Assembly: GCA_027068075.1 (NCBI GenBank)
Contig: JAMOUJ010000006.1
Span: 462,359 to 526,358 of the forward strand
Direction of reading: 5' to 3'
Length of the DNA stretch: 64,000 bases
DNA from: Candidatus Aminicenantes bacterium
GTDB lineage: Bacteria > Acidobacteriota > Aminicenantia > S016-38
The notes beneath the pieces are model-generated. The model was not told where the DNA came from. It searched no databases and worked only from the letters and a program-made list of their open reading frames with translations. Shown here piece by piece: positions 17,775 through 27,925 of this stretch (the first letter of the stretch is position 1; each line of letters starts with the position of its first letter). A program made the position numbers and the translations under genes.

Positions 17775-20282
17775 CTAAATTTCAAGGTTATCTTTAAGCC
17801 TTATGTCCTCCGAGGAACCGCCCACCAGAATCCGATATTTTCCCTTCTGGAGTTTCCATTTTCCCTGGTTTTCGTCAAAATAGCGGAGGTTCTTCAAATT
17901 TATTTTAATGGCGATTTTCCTGGTTTCGCCGGGGTGGAGAAAAACCCTTTGAAAACCCTTTAACTCCATGGCAGGCCGGGGGACTTTCCCTTCAGGCGGG
18001 GCCACATAGACCTGGACCACCTCGGCGCCCGGGAAATTCCCGGTGTTGGAGAGCCTCAAGGAAACCTCCAGGGAATCTTCGGTTTTGTTTAAGTGGAGAT
18101 CCCAGTACTTGAAACTGGTGTAAGAAAGGCCGTGTCCAAAGGGAAAGGCAGGTTTTATGCCTTTGCTGGTGAGGTGGCGATAGCCCACGAAAACCCCCTC
18201 GTTATACACTGCCTTTAAACTCGGATCTTTGTAAGTTCTGAAAGCCGGGCAGTCTTCCGGGTTTTTGAACCAGGAAAAGGGGAGTTTTCCCGAGGGGCTG
18301 AACTCTCCGAAGAGGGCGTCCGCTATGGCCAGGGCCCCTTCCTGGCCGGGGTACCAGGCCTCCAGAATCGCCCCCACCCCTTCAACCCATTTGTTTACCA
18401 GAACCTCGGAGCCGTTGATCAAGATTACGGCAGTTCTGGGATTCGCCCTGGATACCGCCTGGATGAGTTCGTCCTGGTTGGGGATGGCCATGGAGGGGCG
18501 GTCCCAACTTTCGGTTTCCAGATGGGAGGAAAGGCCCCCAAATATCAAAACCACATCGGCCTTTTTAGCAATTTCCACCGCTTCCCCCAGGAGGTTCCTT
18601 CCGGGTATTTCCCAACCGAACTTCATTTCGGAGACAGCCCATGAAGAGGAATACTCAAGGGTTATTTTATGCGGCTTTCCTCCTTCAAGGTTTACTTCCA
18701 CGGTCTTAAGGTTCACTTCCAGGGTTTTTACGGGGTCCTTCCATTCTTCCAGTATCAGTCTGGAGTCAAGGTAAACCCTCAGGCCTCCGTCGCAGAGGAA
18801 TTTCAGTTTGTATTTCCCGGAGACCGGGGGGAGGAGTTCTCCGGTCCACCTTATGGAAAATTCGTTGCGGTCGTTTCCCCGGGATAGTTCGGGTTCAGCG
18901 GCATCATACCCCCAGTTGAAAAAGATCTCCGGGTCAATTCTCTTTATTGCGGGTTCTCCCTGGAGGTCCCGGTTGGGGTAATATTCACCCATCAGGCCAC
19001 TTTTCCCACAGCACCTCAGGAATTTGCTCTCCACCGGAAGAATGTCCCCCTTTATCTCTGCCCCCGGGGCGTAGTAAATCTTCACGGATTTTCCCAATTT
19101 CGCCTTCAAACTTTGAAGTGGGGTTACGACCCTTACGGGCCTCACCATGGAACTTCCCCCTCCGCCGGTGCTGGCGTATTTGGCGTTGGGCCCTATTATG
19201 GCCAAGGATCGGATTTTTTGGGGGTTTATGGGAAGTAGACCGTTGTTTTTGAGGAGAACCAGGGATTGCCGGGCGGCTTCCAGGGCGATTTCCCTGTGGG
19301 TTGTAAAGACCTGGTCAAGAGCCTGTGGTTCCAGGGGCCTTCTGTTTCCCGTATCAAATATCCCAGAGACGAACATGGCCCGGAGGATTCTTTTCGCCTT
19401 TTCGTTTATTTCCTCTTCGCTCACCTCTCCTTTTTTTACTTTTTCAAGGAGTTTTTCCCCGAAGAACCTTCCGTAGGGCATCTCCAGGTCAAGTCCGCTC
19501 AGGGCGGCCTTTACCGTGCTGTGGGTGGCCCCCCAGTCCGAGACCACGAATCCCCTGAATCCCCACTGGTTTTTCAGTATCTCCCTGAGAAGATGTTTGT
19601 TCTCGGAGCAGTAATCGCCGTTCACCTTGTTGTAGGCCGCCATTACGCATAGGGCCCCTCCTTCATTAACTGCTTTTCGGAAGGCAGGAAGGTAAATTTC
19701 CCGCAGGGCCCTTTCTCCCACGATCACATCAACTTTGGTGCGGTTCCACTCCTGGTTGTTGGCGGTGTAGTGTTTCACGCAGGCTATAACTCCCTGGCTT
19801 TGAACGCCTTTTATGAAACCCGAGGCGATTTCCCCGGCCAGGAACGGGTCTTCCCCGTAACTTTCAAAATTTCTTCCCCCCACCGGAAGGCGGTAAATGT
19901 TGACGCAAGGGGCTAAAAGGACATTTCTTCCCTTGGCCATCAATTCTTCCGCCATGGCCCTGCCCACTTTTTTCACCAGATCCGGATTCCAGGTGGCGGC
20001 CAGGGCTATGGGGGCCGGAAAAGCGGTGGATTTTCCCCATCTTACGCCGGCGGGCCCGTCGCTCATTTTTAGGGCTGGAATTCCAAGTCTGGGGTTTTCC
20101 GGAACTTCAAAGCCCTTTCCGCTCAGAAGAGCGATTTTTTCCTTAAGGCTCATTCGGGAAAGCAGGTCTTCCACCCTTTTTTCTACGGGGCAAGAGGGGT
20201 TGAGATAGGCGGGCGATTTTGAAAAAAGAACTAAGGAAAAGGCGAAAATAAAAAGAACGCCATGAATTTTCAATCCGGTCAT
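17775..20282 (-). CDS. GH3 beta-glucosidase with inserted PA14 domain, secreted
   Basis: GH3 motifs KHYTANNQE and GFRGFVVSDWGA (nucleophile Asp), PA14-like GLMGEYYPNRDLQGEP, and a C-terminal Fn3-like domain. Confidence 0.85.
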   Translation of the reverse strand: MTGLKIHGVLFIFAFSLVLFSKSPAYLNPSCPVEKRVEDLLSRMSLKEKIALLSGKGFEVPENPRLGIPALKMSDGPAGVRWGKSTAFPAPIALAATWNPDLVKKVGRAMAEELMAKGRNVLLAPCVNIYRLPVGGRNFESYGEDPFLAGEIASGFIKGVQSQGVIACVKHYTANNQEWNRTKVDVIVGERALREIYLPAFRKAVNEGGALCVMAAYNKVNGDYCSENKHLLREILKNQWGFRGFVVSDWGATHSTVKAALSGLDLEMPYGRFFGEKLLEKVKKGEVSEEEINEKAKRILRAMFVSGIFDTGNRRPLEPQALDQVFTTHREIALEAARQSLVLLKNNGLLPINPQKIRSLAIIGPNAKYASTGGGGSSMVRPVRVVTPLQSLKAKLGKSVKIYYAPGAEIKGDILPVESKFLRCCGKSGLMGEYYPNRDLQGEPAIKRIDPEIFFNWGYDAAEPELSRGNDRNEFSIRWTGELLPPVSGKYKLKFLCDGGLRVYLDSRLILEEWKDPVKTLEVNLKTVEVNLEGGKPHKITLEYSSSWAVSEMKFGWEIPGRNLLGEAVEIAKKADVVLIFGGLSSHLETESWDRPSMAIPNQDELIQAVSRANPRTAVILINGSEVLVNKWVEGVGAILEAWYPGQEGALAIADALFGEFSPSGKLPFSWFKNPEDCPAFRTYKDPSLKAVYNEGVFVGYRHLTSKGIKPAFPFGHGLSYTSFKYWDLHLNKTEDSLEVSLRLSNTGNFPGAEVVQVYVAPPEGKVPRPAMELKGFQRVFLHPGETRKIAIKINLKNLRYFDENQGKWKLQKGKYRILVGGSSEDIRLKDNLEI

Positions 20283-20365
20283 CTTTGCCTCCTTGGCTTT
20301 CTCATTTCAAAAGAGATATACCACAGTTTCCTTAGGAGAATCAAAAATTGATAGAATATTTGGGC

Positions 20366-21073
20366 ATGGAAAAGGAGAAGAAAAATTCTCAACTCCTGGG
20401 AATTCTCGGGGGAATGGGGCCGGAGGCAGGACTTGAATTTGCCAGGATTTTAATTGAAAAAACCCCGGCCACCAGGGATCAGGAACACATGCCCTTCGTT
20501 CTTCTCAACTGGCCGCAGGTGCCTGACCGGACGGCTTTCCTCTTGGGAAAGGGCCCGGACCCCGTCCCATCCATGCTTGAGGGAATTGAGAAACTCAAGG
20601 GGGCCGGAGCCTCCCGCATTGCCCTTCCCTGTAATACGGCCCACGCCTTTCTGGGAAGGTTGAGGAACCGCACTTCGGTTTTCGTATACGACATGCTTGA
20701 AACTGCGGCAACTTGGGTTGCCAGAAAAATTCCAGAGGGGGAGAAAATAGGCTTGATCGCCACCCTGGGGACCCTCTCCTCGGGGCTTTACCCCAAGTAC
20801 TTTGAAAAATACGAGATTCTGATGCCTTCCGCCGGGGAGCAGGAGAGGATTCACCACGCCATTTACCGAAGGATAAAATCCGGAAGCCTGGAAAGCGCTC
20901 AAAGGGAACTTTTGATGGTGGCCGAAAACCTCCACCGCCGGGGAGCCAGGGCCGTAATTTTAGGGTGCACCGAGGTGGAGATGGCCCTGCGAAAAACCCA
21001 CTTCAAAATCCCGTGGATAAAGCCCATGGAAATACTGGCAGAGCAAATCCTCAAGGATTTTGATTTTCTGTAA
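20366..21073 (+). CDS. Aspartate/glutamate racemase family protein
   Basis: GILGGMGPEAG, LPCNTAHAF and ILGCTEVEM (two catalytic Cys motifs). The track ORF begins at TTG 20348. Confidence 0.8.
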   Translation: MEKEKKNSQLLGILGGMGPEAGLEFARILIEKTPATRDQEHMPFVLLNWPQVPDRTAFLLGKGPDPVPSMLEGIEKLKGAGASRIALPCNTAHAFLGRLRNRTSVFVYDMLETAATWVARKIPEGEKIGLIATLGTLSSGLYPKYFEKYEILMPSAGEQERIHHAIYRRIKSGSLESAQRELLMVAENLHRRGARAVILGCTEVEMALRKTHFKIPWIKPMEILAEQILKDFDFL

Positions 21074-21143
21074 AGGAGCGGCAAATCCGGATTTCTTGTC
21101 CCCCTTCCCTTTATGGGGTAAAATTTTCCCTGAGGAGGCAGGG

Positions 21144-22499
21144 ATGCTGGACGAAATAAGGCTTATGCTTCTTGTGGACGAGGAAGGTCAGGAGGTGTGG
21201 AGGTACGGAAGGGCAGAGGAATGGGTTCGCTCGGCGCTCCAGCGGGGCATAAGGGAAGGTCGCCTGGTGGTTTTGGGACACACACCCATCCCCGCAGGCC
21301 CCAATTCCCAGGAAAAAATTCTCCTCAAGACGGCGGTGGTGGTTCCCGTGGAAGAGGGCGAGGCTAAGTATTTTCTCTATTTTGACTCCGATGTGAAGGA
21401 GCATTTCAGGCAGGAAGAAATCTGGCAGGCCGTGGGAATAGCCAGGTGGCTCATCAGCGAAAGAAGCCGGGCAAAGAGAATGGAGGAGGAATTAAAATCG
21501 GATTTTGTGGGAAAGAGCGAGGCTTCCCACCGCATAAGACGGCAGATACAGGAGGCCGCCTTCTTTGATGTAAACATCCTCATAGAAGGGGAGACCGGAG
21601 TTGGCAAGGGTCTTGTTGCGGAGCAGATACACCGCTTATCCGGACTTAAAGGCAAATTCGTTTCCCTGAACTGCGCCTCGGTTCCGGCCTCTTTATTTGA
21701 GAGCGAGTTATTTGGGCACAGGAGAGGAGCCTTTACCGATGCCAGGGAAGAGAAGCGTGGACTTGTGGAGGAGGCCGCAGGAGGGACTCTGTTTTTAGAC
21801 GAGATAACGGAGATGCCGCTGGAGGTTCAGGGTAAATTACTTCGCTTTGTGGAGACTGGTAGATTTCGCAGGGTGGGGGAGACGAGGGAGAGGGAGGTTC
21901 ACCTTCGGATAATTTCAGCGACGAACAGGCCATTAGAGAAGGCTTTAAGGGAAAGACGCCTGAGGGAAGACCTTTTATACCGTCTTTCCACCTATCAGAT
22001 AAAGATTCCTCCCCTGAGGGAGCGGAAGGAGGACATAGAGGCCCTTTTAGAATATTACGGGGAACTTCTTCGTGGGAGGAAACTTACGAAAGAAGCGCTT
22101 TACCTCATAAGAGAATATCCCTTTCCCGGGAATGTTCGCCAACTTATGTCCCTTCTTCAGCGGTTAGGTATGCGGAGAGAGCCTCTGGAGATAACGGGGG
22201 AGGAAGTGGAGAAAGAACTTTCCCTTTTCCCTGAAGTGTACTTCAAGGATGATAAAGATGAGGTGGCCCTTCTTTGGGAGAAGATAGAGCAGGGAGGTAA
22301 TTTCTGGGAGGTGGTCTGGGAGCCCTTCATCCGCAGGGACCTGAAAAGATCGGAAGTGAGGGAGTTTTTAAGAAAAGCCTTGATGAAGGGAGAAGGCTCC
22401 CTTAAGAAGGCAGCCCTGCTTTTAGGGGTGAAAGAAGAAGAGTACCCGAAATTTATCATTTACCTCCATCGCCACGAGGTTCACCCCAGGGTAAAATAA
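21144..22499 (+). CDS. Sigma-54-dependent transcriptional activator without a receiver domain (GAF-like N-terminus)
   Basis: GAGGAGG RBS before the ATG at 21144. Walker A GETGVGKG, GAFTDA loop, Walker B LFLDEI, and a C-terminal HTH-like AALLLGVKEEEY. Confidence 0.85.
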   Translation: MLDEIRLMLLVDEEGQEVWRYGRAEEWVRSALQRGIREGRLVVLGHTPIPAGPNSQEKILLKTAVVVPVEEGEAKYFLYFDSDVKEHFRQEEIWQAVGIARWLISERSRAKRMEEELKSDFVGKSEASHRIRRQIQEAAFFDVNILIEGETGVGKGLVAEQIHRLSGLKGKFVSLNCASVPASLFESELFGHRRGAFTDAREEKRGLVEEAAGGTLFLDEITEMPLEVQGKLLRFVETGRFRRVGETREREVHLRIISATNRPLEKALRERRLREDLLYRLSTYQIKIPPLRERKEDIEALLEYYGELLRGRKLTKEALYLIREYPFPGNVRQLMSLLQRLGMRREPLEITGEEVEKELSLFPEVYFKDDKDEVALLWEKIEQGGNFWEVVWEPFIRRDLKRSEVREFLRKALMKGEGSLKKAALLLGVKEEEYPKFIIYLHRHEVHPRVK

Positions 22500-22660
22500 C
22501 TTGATTGTTATCTACCCTTTCCTGTCTGTTATGAAGGGTAGAGGCCCTGCAAAGGGTTCCCGGGGTTCCCTCACATTCTTTATAACTGATTTGTTATTCT
22601 GCTTATTTCGCTTTCCGCTTAAAAACTTTGCGTCTCGGGCTTTTTCTGGGTTTGCAAATC

Positions 22661-22676
22661 TGGCACGGAATTTGCT
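22661..22676 (+). promoter_or_regulatory. Sigma-54 (-24/-12) promoter
   Basis: TCTGGCACGGAATTTGCTT (TGGCAC-N5-TTGC), 162 nt downstream of the activator gene and 66 nt upstream of the GTG at 22742. Confidence 0.8.
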
Positions 22677-22741
22677 TATATCCGGATAGGCCCTTTCTGG
22701 GTCCGATCCCCAGGGGGGAGAAACATACAGGGAGGTGTACG

Positions 22742-23440
22742 GTGAGGACCGGAAAGTTTCTCCTCTGGTTTTTCCTGGCCTTTTCCCTGGTGGCAGGCTT
22801 GGATAAATATCGTTTTGAACTGGGGGAAAATCCAAAGGTCATAGTGAAAACTTCTGTCTCCACATCTAAAGGGCTTCTGAAAGTCTACGGTATACGATCA
22901 GAAAAAGGGGAGTATTACATCCTGGCTGAACTTGGGGAGCCGGAAGTAAAATCATCCTTTCTTCTTTTCCTTTCATCCCCAAAGACGATTTTAAAGGTGG
23001 GAAAAGAGAAAGCCAGCGTGCCGGTGGATCAGGATGTGCTCGTCAAGGGTGAACTTACGAAACTTGCCCCTTACATGAAGGACATGATTCTGGCTTTGAA
23101 GGAGGCCTATGAAACGACTCCCTCAACGGATACCTGGAATAGCAACTATGCGGTTTTGTACTCCATGCTTACGGGCAAAAACATTAAAAACTGGGGGAAG
23201 GTTACCAGCAAAAGAGGCGAATTGCTTCAATGCGATAACTGCGATCTCGTGAAGAAAAGATCCATTTCTCAGTGTAGATCTCTTTACGACAAATGCATGA
23301 AAGAATGTGAATCCATGGAGAGGGGAAGGGGGAGAGACAGGTGTATTAGCGCGTGTGTGCAGAAAAGGATGGAATGCAATAACAGGTATGTGAAGGCCTG
23401 GATGGAGTGTAAAATTAGTTGTGAACCGAGGCCGAAGTGA
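22742..23440 (+). CDS. Secreted hypothetical protein with a Cys-rich C-terminal domain
   Basis: GGGAGG RBS before the GTG at 22742, so the track ORF's first 38 codons would include the promoter. Signal peptide FLLWFFLAFSLVAG and 11 Cys in the last ~70 aa (CDNC...C...C..EC...C..AC...C...C..SC). Confidence 0.6.
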   Translation: MRTGKFLLWFFLAFSLVAGLDKYRFELGENPKVIVKTSVSTSKGLLKVYGIRSEKGEYYILAELGEPEVKSSFLLFLSSPKTILKVGKEKASVPVDQDVLVKGELTKLAPYMKDMILALKEAYETTPSTDTWNSNYAVLYSMLTGKNIKNWGKVTSKRGELLQCDNCDLVKKRSISQCRSLYDKCMKECESMERGRGRDRCISACVQKRMECNNRYVKAWMECKISCEPRPK

Positions 23441-23809
23441 AATACTGCGAAGGCGTCCCCTTTGACTTCTGTGGCTGAAGAGGTGAAAATTACTTGCCGG
23501 TGGTGTAGTCTTGAAAAATAAAAAATCCTTTTCTGCCTCTGATGCTTATTTTGTCCATTCTCGTTCATTTTTTGTGGGGTGCGTGTGGTTAAGTTTAATT
23601 TAAGATGCGAACACCTTGGATGCGGATTCGCAAAATTTAAAACCTCCTGTGAACTGGTAAAAGATAATGTTTAAAATTTATGTCAAAAACGGTTTTCTAC
23701 GCACCATGGAGGAAAACGAAGGCGAAGATCCTTCTCTTTTAAAATACGCATTGCCACGGGGTTGGTTGACGAAAAGACATCCTCTTTCGTTTAAAAAGGG
23801 AGATAGATT

Positions 23810-24877
23810 ATGAAGGGATTTGACGCCGGGCGCCTGCTGGGGATCTTAATGGTTGTGGTCTTCGGAGGTATTTTGACTTCAGGCGAATGGTTGAAGGAAA
23901 TCGGGAAAATCGGCGGAGGTGGAGACCATTATGAGTTTTTCATGATAACGAGCGTGGATCTTGATAAGGATGGAAATATTTATGTGGCGGATTCAAAGGG
24001 TAGGTTTATAAGGAAATATTCAAAAAATGGTAAGTTTTTAAAAGAAACGGGAAAAATGGGAAGAGGGCCGGGTGATTTTATGGGTCCCCTGGATCTGACG
24101 CTGGGTAATAATAAAATTTTCGTTCTGGATGGAGGGAATAGAAGAATAGCAATTTACGATAAAGAACTGAAAAGAAAGCCTCAATATATAAAAATAACTG
24201 AGGAATTAGGGTATCCAACTAATGTATTTTTCATGAATAATCTCCTTTATCTATCGCTAATGCTGAACCTTGACCCTAATAAAAACGATAACAGAATAGT
24301 TGGCATAACTCCTGAATCCAGATTTAAGATAATTTATGCTTTTTTCAACCATTTTCCTGATTATTATAAGAGGACCGAAAACGAATTACAGATGGCAATG
24401 TACATGGGCTATTTGTTCCTGAAGGTGGCCCTGGATAAAAATAGAAAGGAAATCGTATCGTGCTACATGCATCCTGGGGAAAAAGTTAACTTGTATTATT
24501 ACAACTATCAGGGTAAATTTATTAAAAAACAATCCTTCACATTGTTAAAAGGATATCAATTCCCTAAATTCCTCCTGAAGTATCCCAAGCGGTATCCGAA
24601 AAAATACACATTCCTTCAAATTGATTCAATTCGTTATTATAAAGACAAATATGTTCTTTTACACTATCTTATCTCAAGAATAACGAAATCCGGGAGCGAT
24701 AAAAACTCAGAGAGCACCGCTTACATTGCTGTGATAGATACGGAGAGTGGGAAAATAATAGGGAAGTATAGGGTCCCTTCTGGGTTGAGAATCTTCAAAG
24801 TAAAGGGAAACTATTCGTACGGAAAGGACTTTAACGACGATGCTGAGGGTGTTAACATTTACGAAATTCGCTTTTGA
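23810..24877 (+). CDS. 6-bladed beta-propeller protein, paralog 2 (A+T-rich copy)
   Basis: Motif GRGPGDFMGPLDLTLGNNKIFVLD, N-terminal TM, and GGGAG RBS. Codon usage is visibly more A/T-rich than in neighbouring genes. Confidence 0.65.
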   Translation: MKGFDAGRLLGILMVVVFGGILTSGEWLKEIGKIGGGGDHYEFFMITSVDLDKDGNIYVADSKGRFIRKYSKNGKFLKETGKMGRGPGDFMGPLDLTLGNNKIFVLDGGNRRIAIYDKELKRKPQYIKITEELGYPTNVFFMNNLLYLSLMLNLDPNKNDNRIVGITPESRFKIIYAFFNHFPDYYKRTENELQMAMYMGYLFLKVALDKNRKEIVSCYMHPGEKVNLYYYNYQGKFIKKQSFTLLKGYQFPKFLLKYPKRYPKKYTFLQIDSIRYYKDKYVLLHYLISRITKSGSDKNSESTAYIAVIDTESGKIIGKYRVPSGLRIFKVKGNYSYGKDFNDDAEGVNIYEIRF

Positions 24878-24955
24878 CCACAGAAGGGCCGACTCTTAGG
24901 ACCCGGTTTATTCAAAAATTTGGAGAAAAAAGGGGTGGAATGATAAAATATTTCC

Positions 24956-27925
24956 ATGAATGGAGAAGTGATAAAAATTGAAGCATCTGCGGGGACTGGA
25001 AAAACCTATCGTCTGGCCCGCAGGTACATTGACCTTTTGATGAGGTATTTTCCGGATGGTTTGGGCAGCATCCTTGCCATAACCTTCACCAACAAGGCCG
25101 CCGGAGAGATGAAGAGGAGAATTCTATCCTGGTTGAAAGAGACCGCCTTGGGGGGAAGGGTTGAGTGGGTGGAGGGCGAAATTTCCCCGGAAGAGGAAAG
25201 GGAAATTCGGCAAAGGGCCCTGGAGGCAGTGGAGTACATACTCCGGAATTACACCGAATTCCGCGTGGGCACCATTGATAGTTTCGTCAGGAAAATAGCC
25301 CTGGCCGGGGCCTACGAAATAGGCCTTCCCCCCCGGTTTGACATAGCCCAGCATCCAGAGCCTTACTTTGAAAGGGCCCTGGATGAAATGCTGGATACCC
25401 ACGAAGAACTATTTCGGAAATTTGCCGTAAACTACGCCCGCCACGAGATGGGAACATCCTGGTTTCTAAAGAGGGTGATTTTAAACGAAATTAAATTGAT
25501 GCACGAATATAGAAATACATACACGATTCCCCTAACCGTCAGGGAGGGAAATTTTGAAGAGGCGGTCCGGGAGATCAAGGATATTTTTCAGGAATTTTGG
25601 GAAACCATAGACGAAAGTCAATTAAAAGGAAATTTAGGAAAGGGCCTGTCCAAGTTTTCTAAGAGCCGTAGTGTAAAGCAAATGAAACAGGCTCTTAAAG
25701 GAGCAGCCTTTGCCAAAAAAAGCGCCGAGGACCTTTTTAAAAAGGGGGCCCAGGTGAGCGAGGAGACGAAGAGACTTTGGATAAATTTCCGGGAAAAACT
25801 TGAGGATTTCGTCGTTTTACTTCTGAACTTAAAACAAAGAAACATTTTTCACCTTATAGAGCCGGTTTCGGAAACTCTTGAAAATATAAAAAAGGAAAAC
25901 AACTTGATTTTCTTGGAAGAACTCAACCGCATAGTTTACGACAAAGTGAAGGAGGAAAACCTGGAGTTTCCCCAGATTTACATAAACCTTTCTGCCAGAA
26001 TTTTTCACTTCCTGTTTGACGAGTTTCAGGACACCAATAGAATGGAATGGGAAAACTTAAAACCCATGATAGAAGATGTCTTTGCGTGTGGTAAGGGGAG
26101 CCTTTTCGTGGTGGGAGACATCAAGCAGTCTATTTACAGATTTAGGGGAGCGTCCCCGGAACTTTTTGCTCAACTGCACGAGGAAATACCTAAATGGGTG
26201 CCCCTTAAGGAAGAGCGGTTGAAGTACAACTGGAGAAGCAGGGAAGTGGTGCTGGAATTCGTCAAAAAAGCCTTTGACCCTGAAAACCTGGAAAACTACC
26301 TTACCGATGGGATTACCCGGGACGACCTGAAAATCTACGAACAGGTCCGGGAAACCCACGAAATTCCCCCGGGCCTTCGCGAAAAAAGGAGAGGCGGTTA
26401 TGTGGAGGTCCGAAAAGTGAAAGTGGAATCAGAAAGCGGGAACGAAAGGGTCGGGGAGGAATTGAAGGAGGTGATGAGGGATGTCCTGGAAAGATATCAT
26501 CCCGGAGATGTCGTGGTTCTCGTGAGGAAAAGGGACCAGGCCGCCACGGTTGCCCGCTGGCTTTCGGAGGAAGGGGTGCCCGTGGTTTCTCAGAGTTCCC
26601 TGAACCTGAAGGAAGACCCCACGGTGGAGGCGGTGGTTTCCCTCATGAGGTTTCTTGATTCTCCCATAGACGACCTTTCCTTCGCCAATTTCGTCCTTAG
26701 CCGGCTTTTTCAAACCGTGTCCGGGGACCGTTTCCCAGAGGTGTTAAAACTCCTGGAGGGGGAACAAAACTCCCCCCTTTACAAGGAATTTCAGCGGAAC
26801 TTCCCTGAACTCTGGGAAAGGTACTTCAACCACCTTTTCACCAGAGCCGTGGGTTTTCTTCCTCCCTACGACCTGGCGGTGAAAATAATGGAGACCTTTT
26901 CCCTGAAGGCGGACCTCTTCCTAAATCAGCTTCTGGAGGTTCTGTGGAAGAGGGAGGCCCTGGGCGAAAACAGCCTGAGGAGGTTTTTAGAATTCTGGGA
27001 TTCCGCCGAGGACGAACTTGCCCTGAGCATGCCCGAAGGGGTGGAGGCGGTAAGAATAATGACCATCCACAAGGCCAAGGGCCTTGAGGCTCCGGTGGTT
27101 GTGGTGCCCTTCGCTGAACTTAACCCTAAAAAACGGAGTTACGAATACCTCATGAAAGAGGAGGGTCTTATATTGAATTTAGGGAAATACATTGCTAAAA
27201 ACTTTCGCTCCCTCCATAAGGTGTATGCAGAAGACCTGAAGAACAGATGGCAGGACGAATTGAACGCCCTTTATGTGGCCTTCACCAGGGCCAGAGACGA
27301 ACTTTACATAATAAACCTGGGGTTAAGAGACAACAAACTCCAGGATTATAACTTCGGTTACGGAGAGGAGGAGTGGGAGGTACACATTCTGCGCCTGGGG
27401 AAGAAGGGAAAAGGAGTGGTCGCTCCGGAGAAGGCGCCCAGCGGAGACGAATTCACCCCGTCCTTCTCCTGGGAAGCCCGGCTCAGGGAAAAACCCAGGA
27501 CCTTTCAGGGTTCCTATTTGGCCAGGAAGCGGGGGGAAAGGGTCCACAGAGTCCTGGAATTTCTGGGAAAGGAACCCCCATCGCCCTCCGAACTGGAGGA
27601 ACTTTCCCGGGGATTCTCAGCCCAGGAGAAGGAGGCCCTGACCTGGCTGGTGGAAGAGAACCCGGACCTTTTTTCCGGGGAGGTTTTCGCCGAATTTGAA
27701 GTGGTGGACGGGGAGGGTAACACCTATCGGATGGATCGGGTGGTTTTATCCGATGAGGTCAGGGTTTTTGAGTTCAAAACCGGGGGAGAATACGCCGACC
27801 AACACCTCCAGCAACTAAACAATTATCTTTCCCTTTTGAGCAGGGTTTATCCTAAGAAACCGCTCCGGGGAGTTCTTCTGTATTTGGACAGCAGAACCAG
27901 GAGGGAAGTGAAATGGGAAAATTGA
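24956..27925 (+). CDS. addA: AddA/RecB-like UvrD-family helicase with C-terminal PD-(D/E)XK nuclease
   Basis: Walker A EASAGTGKTY, DEFQDTN, VGDIKQSIYRFRGA, MTIHKAKGLE and nuclease motif MDRVV...VFEFKTG. Confidence 0.75.
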   Translation: MNGEVIKIEASAGTGKTYRLARRYIDLLMRYFPDGLGSILAITFTNKAAGEMKRRILSWLKETALGGRVEWVEGEISPEEEREIRQRALEAVEYILRNYTEFRVGTIDSFVRKIALAGAYEIGLPPRFDIAQHPEPYFERALDEMLDTHEELFRKFAVNYARHEMGTSWFLKRVILNEIKLMHEYRNTYTIPLTVREGNFEEAVREIKDIFQEFWETIDESQLKGNLGKGLSKFSKSRSVKQMKQALKGAAFAKKSAEDLFKKGAQVSEETKRLWINFREKLEDFVVLLLNLKQRNIFHLIEPVSETLENIKKENNLIFLEELNRIVYDKVKEENLEFPQIYINLSARIFHFLFDEFQDTNRMEWENLKPMIEDVFACGKGSLFVVGDIKQSIYRFRGASPELFAQLHEEIPKWVPLKEERLKYNWRSREVVLEFVKKAFDPENLENYLTDGITRDDLKIYEQVRETHEIPPGLREKRRGGYVEVRKVKVESESGNERVGEELKEVMRDVLERYHPGDVVVLVRKRDQAATVARWLSEEGVPVVSQSSLNLKEDPTVEAVVSLMRFLDSPIDDLSFANFVLSRLFQTVSGDRFPEVLKLLEGEQNSPLYKEFQRNFPELWERYFNHLFTRAVGFLPPYDLAVKIMETFSLKADLFLNQLLEVLWKREALGENSLRRFLEFWDSAEDELALSMPEGVEAVRIMTIHKAKGLEAPVVVVPFAELNPKKRSYEYLMKEEGLILNLGKYIAKNFRSLHKVYAEDLKNRWQDELNALYVAFTRARDELYIINLGLRDNKLQDYNFGYGEEEWEVHILRLGKKGKGVVAPEKAPSGDEFTPSFSWEARLREKPRTFQGSYLARKRGERVHRVLEFLGKEPPSPSELEELSRGFSAQEKEALTWLVEENPDLFSGEVFAEFEVVDGEGNTYRMDRVVLSDEVRVFEFKTGGEYADQHLQQLNNYLSLLSRVYPKKPLRGVLLYLDSRTRREVKWEN

